Shown here: one piece after another, positions 18,587 through 27,269 of the stretch
Layout: every line of letters begins with the position of its first letter
How positions within the stretch are numbered: position 1 is the stretch's first letter
Source: Chloroflexota bacterium
GTDB taxonomy: Bacteria; Chloroflexota; Anaerolineae; Aggregatilineales; J027
Assembly (NCBI GenBank): GCA_010092845.1
Contig: JAADYW010000272.1
Location: 1 to 62,839 of the forward strand
Direction of reading: 5' to 3'
DNA length: 62,839 nt
The notes under the pieces: generated by a model
What the model was told of the DNA's origin: nothing
What the model saw: the letters and a program-made list of their open reading frames with translations, nothing else
The model's database searches: none
Program-made: the position numbers and the translations under genes

Positions 18587-21255
18587 CGCGTGCCCTGCCA
18601 GCGCTGAACCGCGGCAAGCGCCTCAGGGGTACCGATACGCTGCAGCGACAACGCAGCGATCTCAGCGATAGTCTCGTCCTCGGTGGCATCGCCATCGGGC
18701 TCGATGAAGCGGTGGTCGCCAAGGCAATCTATCAATGGCTCGACCGCCAGCGGGCTGCCCGTCTCACCGAGTGTCTCTACCGCAATCGCCCGCCGGTAGA
18801 GATCAGCATCCTGGAGCTCGTGGATCAATGCCCGGATAGCGCGTTCATTGCCGGTCCAAGCAGCGGCAGAGGCCGCGGCGCGGTAGACATCGCCTTCAAA
18901 CTGTTTGATACTGACAGGATCCTCAAGGATCGCGACAAGCCCATCTACAGCAGGCTCACCATAGCTGGCGAGGGCATTGGCGACCGACCAGCGCACCTCA
19001 TATTCTGGGTCATAAATGCCGCCCAACAATGCCGGGAATGCGGCCACATCACCGATTTGCTGCAAGACCTGGGCAGCAGCGGCTCGGGTTTCCCAACGCT
19101 CGTGTTCTGCAGGATCAAGGCAATTACTGACCTCAGCGACAGCTGGTTTGCCGATACGTACCAGCGCCGGGATGACGAACTCACGCACATCATCATCGCC
19201 CAGCGCCTCTACCAGCACGGGAACTGCCGCCGGATGGGCGATTTCGCCCAGCGCCCAGGCCGCGATGCGCCGTTCATAGAGATCGCCATAAGCCATGTAC
19301 TCGATCATGATTTCGACGACGTGGGCCTCGCCCAGGCTGCGCAGCGCTTGAATCGCCGCCCGCGTCTGCCGCCAGTCGCCACGGTCGAATTCCTTTGTCA
19401 GGGCACTACGAATCTTGGCCAGGACGTCGTCAGAGATGCGTATGCCCGTTGTTACGGTTAGCCCCGCCAGATAGGGATCACGCCGCAGAACATCAACCAG
19501 GAGCGAGCCTGGCTGTTCTACCAAATGGCAGGCCATCTGGACAGCTTGATCCCAACGACCGGGTAGGCGCCGGTATTCCTTGGGGTCGAATACTGGCGGG
19601 TCAACTGTATCACCGATGCCTTGCCGCGTCAGCGCCTCACCGGCAAAGTAAGCCAGATACAAACGATGGCTGAAACGGACCGTATCCCGGTCTATGTCCA
19701 ACAAACCTAAGCGGTAGCCGACCTGGAGGAGTTGAAGCGCATCCTCGTCCGGCCCGCTTCGCAGCCAACGACGACGCCCGCCGATTTTAACCGCCGCCCA
19801 TGCCAGATCAGCGCCAACAGTTTCATCCTCGTCGATCATGCTGGCCGCTAATCCTGAGAAGCGTTCGATCATCTCATCATATGCAATCCACCCAGGCTGG
19901 CCCTGTGCTACTGACGACACCCAACGCGCCCGAACGGAAGCTCGCATCGCGGCCCCCAACTGCACCGGCAACGCCGCGTGGGGGTGTGCTTCGAAGATCT
20001 GCATAAGCCGCATCAACAAAAACGGCACACTCCCCAAAGGCAATTTTTCTCGCGGTGACCGTGATGGAAGCGATAACTGAGCCACAAAAGGCTCGCGAAG
20101 CTCGCTGGGGAGAAACTGCTGGGCAAACTGGCGGATATGGGCATGATCCAACGTATCAACGACCACCAATGGCAACCCTAGCTCACCGGTGTAACTGGCG
20201 GCGCGGCTAGCAATGACGACCGTTTCCGAGCATTCGTCACTGTCCAGCCACGCGGCCAGCACCTGGCGATTCCGCGGTCCGAGCTGATCAAAGCCGTCAA
20301 GGAATATGGTTACCGCTGACCAGTCAACTGCCAAAGAACCGGGCAGCATGCTAATTTCCTGCTCCAGATAGCGTCGCAGACGTGTGCCTTCGCGCCAACT
20401 ACTCAGGTCAGCGTAGACGGGTAGCCCATTCACTGTTGGATCGGAGCGGTAATCCCACACTGCGACCGCCACCAGGTGGTGGAGTGTCGTTGTCTTGCCT
20501 GTTCCGGCAGCGCCAAGGAGGGCAAATGAGGAATAGAGATCAGCAACGGCCAAAATACTTGGCAGCGGAATCAGTCCAGTTTCGTCAGCGGCAGGTGCTG
20601 GGTCGTCCTCATCCTCGTCTTCGTCGCTGGCATCCTCAGCGCCTGGTAGACGGGGTGGTTCCTTGACGACAGCGCCCAACTCCAGCGTCGGTTGGTCCGC
20701 GTCATCTTCATCAAGGGGCTCAGCATGAACACCCAATGGGATATACCCGACCAGACCACGATAGATCCGGGCCAGTAGCGCATTCAGATACTGATCAACA
20801 GACTCTGGGGGTTGGGTCAGCGCCGAACTTGCTCGTTGCCGGAGAGAATCGAGAATCGCCCCCAGCGCCGCCTGATACACCTCTTTGTCTTGCCAGGCTG
20901 ATGCCAAGATAGCACGATCACGCCTCAGACCGGAGGGCCAAGCGGCTACTGCCGCGCTCAACACCGGCAATATCGTGACGTTGCGTGCAGCCAGAAGTGC
21001 CAGCTCCTCCTGACGCTGCTCAACAAAGGCCGGGGACAGCACAATGATCCCTGCACAGCAGCGGGCAATGGCATCCTGCCGCACCGCCGGACCGTTCTCG
21101 TTTAACGTTCGCGGGTCTAGCTCAAAAGAATCGATCCACACGCGAACCCCGCGATTCTTGAGATCAGCGGCTAGTTGTGCAGCAAACCCACCGTCGGAGA
21201 CCACATATCCCAGATACACAAAGTCATCAGCCACGCGTGTTACTCTCCTGGTCAC
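18583..21255 (-). CDS. NLR-like protein: N-terminal TIR domain, P-loop STAND/NACHT-type NTPase, C-terminal HEAT (PBS-lyase type) repeats
   Basis: TIR: DFVYLGYVVSDGGFAAQLAADLKNRGVRVWIDS...IIVLSPAFVEQRQEEL. Walker A: LLGAAGTGKTT. Walker B-like: VTIFLDGFDQL. HEAT repeats: RRIAAWALGEIAHPAAVPVLVEALGD, RAAAAQVLQQIGDVAAFPALLGGIYD, RWSVANALASYGEPAVDGLVAIL, RRAIAVETLGETGSPLAVEPLIDCLGD. GTG start at 21255, or GTG at 21234. Confidence 0.8.
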   Translation of the reverse strand: MTRRVTRVADDFVYLGYVVSDGGFAAQLAADLKNRGVRVWIDSFELDPRTLNENGPAVRQDAIARCCAGIIVLSPAFVEQRQEELALLAARNVTILPVLSAAVAAWPSGLRRDRAILASAWQDKEVYQAALGAILDSLRQRASSALTQPPESVDQYLNALLARIYRGLVGYIPLGVHAEPLDEDDADQPTLELGAVVKEPPRLPGAEDASDEDEDEDDPAPAADETGLIPLPSILAVADLYSSFALLGAAGTGKTTTLHHLVAVAVWDYRSDPTVNGLPVYADLSSWREGTRLRRYLEQEISMLPGSLAVDWSAVTIFLDGFDQLGPRNRQVLAAWLDSDECSETVVIASRAASYTGELGLPLVVVDTLDHAHIRQFAQQFLPSELREPFVAQLSLPSRSPREKLPLGSVPFLLMRLMQIFEAHPHAALPVQLGAAMRASVRARWVSSVAQGQPGWIAYDEMIERFSGLAASMIDEDETVGADLAWAAVKIGGRRRWLRSGPDEDALQLLQVGYRLGLLDIDRDTVRFSHRLYLAYFAGEALTRQGIGDTVDPPVFDPKEYRRLPGRWDQAVQMACHLVEQPGSLLVDVLRRDPYLAGLTVTTGIRISDDVLAKIRSALTKEFDRGDWRQTRAAIQALRSLGEAHVVEIMIEYMAYGDLYERRIAAWALGEIAHPAAVPVLVEALGDDDVREFVIPALVRIGKPAVAEVSNCLDPAEHERWETRAAAAQVLQQIGDVAAFPALLGGIYDPEYEVRWSVANALASYGEPAVDGLVAILEDPVSIKQFEGDVYRAAASAAAWTGNERAIRALIHELQDADLYRRAIAVETLGETGSPLAVEPLIDCLGDHRFIEPDGDATEDETIAEIAALSLQRIGTPEALAAVQRWQGTR

Positions 21256-21296
21256 CCAGCACCACCGGCGTCGACAAACGATGCGCTGGGTAGATT

Positions 21297-22028
21297 CTAA
21301 TCCGTTTCACTATAGAACTCGTAGAAATCCCCCCGCAGATATGCGTACTCATATTTGCGTGACCGGCGCCCCTGGTCAGCCGGCTCGCCACCATCAATAA
21401 CACAGGCCAGGCCATAGGCGTAATCCTCATCCCCGAAATTGAAGAAAACCGTACTCTGTTCTCGAAAGACATCAACAGTGTCGGCATCAAAGATCCCGAT
21501 GTCGGCATCGTTGGGATCGAAGATGTGCGGGGATTGGTCGGCGTGTTCCTGCTTCCAGAATTGGCAAAGCGACTCCGCCGTGTCGAAAACCTGGCCATAA
21601 GAGTGGTTCATCTCCTGGCTAACTGCCACCTCAAAGAAACTCGGCATTATAAAGGGCGGAAAGCCCACCATCACCACCGCGGCCACCGCCAACAGCACGC
21701 TTAGATAGGAAGCGCGTTTCTGCAAGGCCAGGCGGCCGATCCGCAAGGCGCCGTAGGCGAGGATCGCCGCCAGGGCAAAACTCCCTAGGTGCCAGACCTG
21801 CTTGATAAAACTCAGCGCAAAATAATCTGGCGGACTAAGCTCGGCAAATAGAACGCGCAAGCCAAACCAGATCAAGGCCGCCACGAGAAGGGACACTAAT
21901 GACAATAGAAAGTTGCCGCGGGCTAGCGGGTGGAGATCTTCCCAGAGTAATAGCAAATTGCGGAGGCGCGAGGGCCTAGCCAAAGATTCGTTGTCGTGGT
22001 GGTTCACTGTAGTCATCGTCTTCTTCAT
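21297..22028 (-). CDS. Polytopic membrane protein of unknown function, paralog A (3 predicted TM + ~100 aa C-terminal domain)
   Basis: TM segments (FLLSLVSLLVAALIWFGL, LGSFALAAILAYGAL, LSVLLAVAAVVMVGFPPFIM). The C-terminal domain ...IGIFDADTVDVFREQSTVFFNFG...GLACVIDGGEPAD...YAYLRGDFYEFYSE is alignable to the upstream gene. Start uncertain (22028, 22016 or later) and overlaps the upstream gene end. Confidence 0.6.
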   Translation of the reverse strand: MKKTMTTVNHHDNESLARPSRLRNLLLLWEDLHPLARGNFLLSLVSLLVAALIWFGLRVLFAELSPPDYFALSFIKQVWHLGSFALAAILAYGALRIGRLALQKRASYLSVLLAVAAVVMVGFPPFIMPSFFEVAVSQEMNHSYGQVFDTAESLCQFWKQEHADQSPHIFDPNDADIGIFDADTVDVFREQSTVFFNFGDEDYAYGLACVIDGGEPADQGRRSRKYEYAYLRGDFYEFYSETD

Positions 22029-22661
22029 AGAAATAGAAACGGTCATCTTTTCGTTCGAAAGTATAGCGCTCAGTATCTTCGGGCGGTGCACCATCGGCAG
22101 GAATGCACACGTAGCCGATCTCACCCCGGGCCTCGCCTATCTCGATCCAGACGCGACCATCACGCCGCAGCCTGACTTCGGCATGGTTGAAGACACCAAT
22201 CTCCTGCTCATCACCGATTGCAGCCGCCCCATAGCCTTCCGCCAGCACCTGGTCGCAGACAGCTAACATCTCATCGCGCGAGCGCTGAAAGTCCCAATCG
22301 GTTCGAGCATCCAACACGACTTCTAGCAGCGGCAACCATACGGCCATGAGGATCATTACGATAATGGGCGCGGCCCAGACGGCAACAAGATTGCGCGTAT
22401 CAGTATAGTCCACCAGCTGGTGATAGCGAATATTGACGCGCAGCGCGTTCCAGAAGAGTAGCAGCAGGGAGAACATCGCCGCCAGAAGCCACACCCAGGG
22501 ATATACATCAACACAATGCCGACGACAGGGGCAACTGAGCTTGGAATAAGCATCAGGGTAATAATCAAGCCCAGTTGTGCCAAGATCAAAAAGAACAGAA
22601 ATGCCAGGTTGACCAGGGTAAGCGGGTGCCAGGCTTTCAAGAGTCGAGAAATCAGCATCAC
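21976..22661 (-). pseudogene. Membrane protein paralog B, apparently split by a frameshift near 22494-22500
   Basis: ORF 21976-22494 has only a GTG start and aligns to the C-terminal two thirds of paralog A. ORF 22356-22661 is in another frame. Its first ~56 aa (LLKAWHPLTLVNLAFLFFLILAQLG...) align to the paralog A N-terminus (LLLWEDLHPLARGNFLLSLVSLL) and end exactly where the other ORF begins. Confidence 0.5.
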
Positions 22662-22844
22662 TATCTCCTTGGCCCCAAGTTTAGCAACTCATTGCCGCTT
22701 CGGCGATTGACAACGCATACGGGCCTGCGGATTGGTTTTGAACATGGAGCGTTTCAGCCTTGTAATTTACATACAGGCACGGCATACTGCAACGGCATTA
22801 GACGATTTATGCAGAAACTGAAGAGTGTATAGGGTCGGTTTAGA

Positions 22845-23501
22845 ATGTCGGCAAAATCCAAAAAGCAAGCTCCCTTCTGGGAACAAAAATGGTTTCGCAA
22901 CGTCGCCTTGTTCACAATCGCGGTCCTGGCAACGGGCGGCCTGGCGCTGGCCTTTATCGAACTCAGCGACAACAGCGCCGTCATCGAATTTGTCAATGAA
23001 AGCAATTGTCCCCAGGTGGTCTGGACGTTACAGGGGGCTGATGGCACGAATTATACGGTTAGCCTCCGACCGGGCGAAACGGAAGAGATCGAGGTCAGCC
23101 CGGATGTCGAATACGACTACCTCATGGACACCAACTCTGATCCGGACATCAACAACATGGCCTGTTTCGATCGCGATGAGGGCACCGTCAATGTGCCGGC
23201 GGGTGGCAAGCAGACGTTCCGCTTGAAGTCGCAGACCCGGCCGACTATCGCCTTCATCAATGATACGGACTGCGAAGAGGCCTATCTCGAACTCACGTCA
23301 CTCCGCGCCGAGGACCAAAACGCCAGCGCAGCGCCCAACGAAACGTCTAACGTGGAAATCGCCCCTGACATCGAATATACCTACGAGATCGACGCGTGCG
23401 GCGTAACTAAAGAAGGCAAAATCACTCTCTCGCTGGATCGCTCCCAGACGTTCCGCGTCTCGGAAGTAGTAGCAGAGAGCGAAGACTCGGCGGAGTCTTA
23501 G
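22845..23501 (+). CDS. Single-pass membrane-anchored protein with two internal ~80 aa repeats, unknown function
   Basis: TM FRNVALFTIAVLATGGLALAFI. Repeat 1 VIEFVNESNCPQVV...EIEVSPDVEYDYLMD...QTFRLKS. Repeat 2 TIAFINDTDCEEAY...NVEIAPDIEYTYEID...QTFRVSE. Confidence 0.6.
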   Translation: MSAKSKKQAPFWEQKWFRNVALFTIAVLATGGLALAFIELSDNSAVIEFVNESNCPQVVWTLQGADGTNYTVSLRPGETEEIEVSPDVEYDYLMDTNSDPDINNMACFDRDEGTVNVPAGGKQTFRLKSQTRPTIAFINDTDCEEAYLELTSLRAEDQNASAAPNETSNVEIAPDIEYTYEIDACGVTKEGKITLSLDRSQTFRVSEVVAESEDSAES

Positions 23502-24622
23502 CTCTGCCAGACGAAGCGGCCACCCACTGAACGCCCGCTGACCGGTTTGTAGAGACCATCGTTCTGAAGCACCACCACCTCAACCGACCAGAGCAACTGG
23601 CGACTCTCGCCGGCAGCGGGCCGCAATTCCTGGGGCAGGATCAAGCTCGATGACTTCGTCTCACGTAATAAGATGACTTCCCCACTACCCTCGTCCGTAA
23701 TGGTCACCAAATAGCGTTCGTCAGCCTCCAGGGTGCGGCCAGGTAGGACCCAGCTTAACATCACAGGGTCTTCGACAGTCGCCCCATTAGGTGGCGAGAG
23801 CACCTCTGGCGGCAGAAAGGTTGGGGTTGGCGTAGCGGTCTCATCACCGGTGAAGGTTGGTGTCGAGGTTACGGTATGCGTCGGGCCGGGGACATTGAGG
23901 CACGTCTGATCACTGATCAATGGCGGATTCGGGCAATAGCCGACAGCGGATTCAGAGAAGTCGCACCCACGGCAATCTAAGCCATCCGGGCCGCTGTTGA
24001 GTTCACAGATCCGCTGATTCGAGGTGCCATGCTGGATGGCAATACTGGTCAGCGTATCCCCCTCACCCGGACAATAGGTGTAGATCGCATATTGGGTCGC
24101 ATTGCGCAGACGTGTCGGCAATGCCTGAAAGACCGCGGTAGCTGTCTGATCCAGCCCAAAGGGCGTCGGCGTCGATGTTGGATACGGTACCAGAACCTCC
24201 TGCCCCTCGCTCAAGGTGCACGATTCGTTCAACCCGTTCAACTCACGGATCGCCGCCACCCCACCGGGGAGTGACAGTCGATAGAACACTGCGAGTTCGC
24301 TGCATGTCTGGCCAGCACGCACCACATGGACGTAGGGCCCAGGCGTTGCCGTAGGAGGCGCAGGCGTAGCCGGTTGCTGCGTAGGTGAGGGCGGCGCCGG
24401 GGTCAACGTTGGAGGAAACGTCGGCGACGGGGTCCGCGTTGGACCACCCGGCGTCACAGTTGCGGTCGCGGTTGCTTCTTCGGCAACTTCAGTTGCGCGC
24501 AGTGTCGGTGCCCCCGTCGGCGATTCGGGCTCTTCCTCGTCACCACAAGCTACAATAAGGCCCAGGGCCAGTATCACCACAAGCAGCATTACGCCTGTAC
24601 GGCGATTGATCAATCGTTGCAT
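23498..24622 (-). CDS. Exported LysM-like / Pro-Thr-linker protein with conserved C-terminal ~95 aa domain (paralog of the next gene)
   Basis: Signal/lipoprotein-like MLLVVILALGLIVACG. PT-rich linker. LysM-like VHVVRAGQTCSELAVFYRL...GQEVLVP. C-terminal domain ...LSWVLPGRTLEADERYLVTITDEG...LLWSVEVVV...RFVWQS. Confidence 0.65.
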   Translation of the reverse strand: MQRLINRRTGVMLLVVILALGLIVACGDEEEPESPTGAPTLRATEVAEEATATATVTPGGPTRTPSPTFPPTLTPAPPSPTQQPATPAPPTATPGPYVHVVRAGQTCSELAVFYRLSLPGGVAAIRELNGLNESCTLSEGQEVLVPYPTSTPTPFGLDQTATAVFQALPTRLRNATQYAIYTYCPGEGDTLTSIAIQHGTSNQRICELNSGPDGLDCRGCDFSESAVGYCPNPPLISDQTCLNVPGPTHTVTSTPTFTGDETATPTPTFLPPEVLSPPNGATVEDPVMLSWVLPGRTLEADERYLVTITDEGSGEVILLRETKSSSLILPQELRPAAGESRQLLWSVEVVVLQNDGLYKPVSGRSVGGRFVWQS

Positions 24623-24645
24623 AAGCGCGTCCCTATTTCTTCTAA

Positions 24646-26073
24646 CTATCTCGAACGCCCTTGCCAGAAGAACTGGCGGGGAACCGTTGCCTCGCGCATG
24701 GACTGCACCTGGCCATCCTGAATGACCACGATACTCACCGACCACTCAAATCCCTGACTGCCACCATCGGTAGGCTGCCAGTCTGCCGGCACAACGAAAA
24801 ACAGATCTGTTGTGCGACCCTGGTAAGCTTCCCCGGTATCCAAGTTGCGCACACTGACCTGGTAGAATTCATTCGGCGCCAGTGAGCCGGTGGCGGTCCA
24901 ACGTAACGTAATGAGGCTATTAGCGTCGAAGCGAGTATCATCCGGTGGCTGGTTGGCCGAAGGCACGTTAAAGGTCGGCGAAGGGCTCGGTGTCGGCGTC
25001 TCACTACCGGACGGTGACGGCAAACTTGTCGGAGTCGATGTCGGCGCTGGCACCCGGATGCGCTGGCCTTCATAGATCATCACTGTACACGCCTCGCCCC
25101 CAAAGCGTTCGCTGAAATCACACTGGCCGAACTCGATCTCTGGGTTAACATCAGAAATGATCTTGGCATCTATTCCGTACTGGACTGCAATAGAGATCAT
25201 CGTCTCGTCCTGCTCGACGGTGTGCCACATCAAACCGGGACGGAGCGTTGGCTCCTGGCGCAATGTAGCCACGAGATCAGGTGTACCGAACTCGTTCACC
25301 GGGACTGTTGCCGCTGCGGCCACATCACTTTCCCCAGCAGCAAGCGCTGCGTCACTCTGGCCCTGGCCTGTCGACCCGCTCTCGACATCATCATCTTGTG
25401 TGTCTTCAGCCGTGGCTGTCTCGCCGCCTGGTGTCGCCGTTGGCAACGGGATTTCGATCGTCTGGCCTTCACGCAAGCAGGTTTCGCAATCGAGTCCGTC
25501 ATTCATCTCGATGATCACATTGACGATTGAGAAATCGCGGTGGCCGCACTCAAGGGCAAGCCCATAGATGGTGTCTTCAGCACCCGCCGTCTTGATGCAT
25601 GGCCCCGGGGTCTCAGTCGCCGTCGCGGTTGCTGGCATCGGTGTTACCGACGGGAAATTGACCGGCGCCGCGCGCGTATTGGTCGGCTGAGGCGTTATCG
25701 ATGCCGTGCGGGATGGCGCCGGAGACTCCGATCCCAGTGGTGCGCTGCCGGACGACACATCATCGCTAGAGTCATCACCATCCAGCGCTAGAAATGCGCC
25801 TGCGCCAGCAGCGAAAAGGACCATGACCAGCAAGACAAATCCGAAAGCGGCACCCAGCGGGGTGCTGCTTATTCCTTGTGCCAGGAGATCATCTTCCCCT
25901 TCATGCGAATCATAGACCCGCTCGTCCTGGGGTGTGGGTGTCTGTGCACGTTGTGATATGCGGCGTGGCGACTCAGCGAGGGCAGCACCACAGATCAGAC
26001 ATTGGCGTGCCTCAGGGTCATTCGCAGCACCACAGGTTGGACATCTTGGTTGAGATACACGGCCCATAATCAA
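24646..26073 (-). CDS. Zinc-ribbon / TM / LysM-like protein with the same C-terminal domain as 23498-24622
   Basis: N-terminal CPTCGAANDPEARQCLICGAAL. TM FGFVLLVMVLFAAGAGAFLAL. LysM-like segments. C-terminal ...LRWTATGSLAPNEFYQVSVRNLDTG...FEWSVSIVV...QFFWQG. Confidence 0.65.
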   Translation of the reverse strand: MIMGRVSQPRCPTCGAANDPEARQCLICGAALAESPRRISQRAQTPTPQDERVYDSHEGEDDLLAQGISSTPLGAAFGFVLLVMVLFAAGAGAFLALDGDDSSDDVSSGSAPLGSESPAPSRTASITPQPTNTRAAPVNFPSVTPMPATATATETPGPCIKTAGAEDTIYGLALECGHRDFSIVNVIIEMNDGLDCETCLREGQTIEIPLPTATPGGETATAEDTQDDDVESGSTGQGQSDAALAAGESDVAAAATVPVNEFGTPDLVATLRQEPTLRPGLMWHTVEQDETMISIAVQYGIDAKIISDVNPEIEFGQCDFSERFGGEACTVMIYEGQRIRVPAPTSTPTSLPSPSGSETPTPSPSPTFNVPSANQPPDDTRFDANSLITLRWTATGSLAPNEFYQVSVRNLDTGEAYQGRTTDLFFVVPADWQPTDGGSQGFEWSVSIVVIQDGQVQSMREATVPRQFFWQGRSR

Positions 26074-26217
26074 CTACTGCCCTGCTGTCCATCCTGCTGG
26101 GTGGGCAGCCCGACTTGTCCACAATACTGGATTACGGATTGGAGATTATACCAGGCTCCGCGAGCCGCGTATACGGTGGTCAGGCAGTCGTGATGTGAGC
26201 GCCGGCTTCACGTCGGG

Positions 26218-27174
26218 TCAAAATGGCTTAAGCCAGTTGTCCAGCCAGTCATAAGCCCGGTGCCGAGAGCGAAGGGTCATATATGGTTCTTCGGGTTCCT
26301 CAACGGCATAGTGATACAAAGAGATCCGGTTGGACGCACCGATGCGGGTATAGGCACGCTTGGCTTTCTCATAGAGTTCGACAACGTCCATGCTATCGGG
26401 ATCGTCCTGGCTGGCGGAGACGAGAAAAGGACGTGGTGCTGCCAGGCTCAAGACGCGGTCGAAATCTGCCACTTGCAGCAAGCGGGGCACGGCGAATTCG
26501 ACTTGCACGAAGTGCCCCAGATCGAGCGCTTTTTTCATGCTGCCGATACTGCCATGCGCCACAGCAGCGAAGACGCGTTCGTCAAAAGCCATCACCCAGA
26601 TGGCCATCTTTGCCCCATAGCCATGACCCATGAAGCCGATACGCTTGGCATCAACTTCGCGCCGACTGAGGAGATAGTCCAGTCCGCGGCTAGCATCCCA
26701 GATCACGGATTTTAGCAGTGTTTCGCCTCGCAACAAGCGGACAGCCAGCTCGGTAAAATTATGCATGTATGCGTCAAAGGGGTCGTCGGGGTCAATATCC
26801 GTCGGACAGCGGTCCTCAAAAGCAAGTGCATCTGGCGCGAAGACAACATAGCCACGCTTCACCAATTCCAACCCAAAGGCTTCGCTCGGATCCCCTCGCA
26901 CGCCCACCACCTCACTCTTGCCCAGTGTCCAGTCGCGATTATGGCGATGATGGCAGAATACGGCCGGCAACGGCCCCTGCGCCTTTTTGGGAATCAGGAG
27001 ATAGGCATAGCCCCATTCGCGTGGATTCACATGGTAGCGAACCTTCTCACGCCGATATGTCTCTTCCTCAACCACCTCAAGGATTTGCGGGTTAAGAGGA
27101 GCGCTATCCGGCGGCGCGCCGAGTACCGATTTGAGTGACTCGCGGTGTGCTTCGGATTGGTGTCGTAGATGCAT
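26218..27174 (-). CDS. Alpha/beta-hydrolase fold protein (dienelactone hydrolase / acetyl-esterase-like) with a non-canonical nucleophile elbow
   Basis: Overall ABH-like order. The elbow reads IGFMGHGYGA (G-H-G-Y-G) instead of G-x-S-x-G. ATG 27174 is preferred over the GTG at 27195. Confidence 0.6.
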   Translation of the reverse strand: MHLRHQSEAHRESLKSVLGAPPDSAPLNPQILEVVEEETYRREKVRYHVNPREWGYAYLLIPKKAQGPLPAVFCHHRHNRDWTLGKSEVVGVRGDPSEAFGLELVKRGYVVFAPDALAFEDRCPTDIDPDDPFDAYMHNFTELAVRLLRGETLLKSVIWDASRGLDYLLSRREVDAKRIGFMGHGYGAKMAIWVMAFDERVFAAVAHGSIGSMKKALDLGHFVQVEFAVPRLLQVADFDRVLSLAAPRPFLVSASQDDPDSMDVVELYEKAKRAYTRIGASNRISLYHYAVEEPEEPYMTLRSRHRAYDWLDNWLKPF

Positions 27175-27269
27175 GGTCAGTACTTTTGGTCCCACACATT
27201 AAGTAGATATAGAATAGACATAGAATAATTCTACATGAAACACGGAACATCCGCTGCAATCATAACAAA

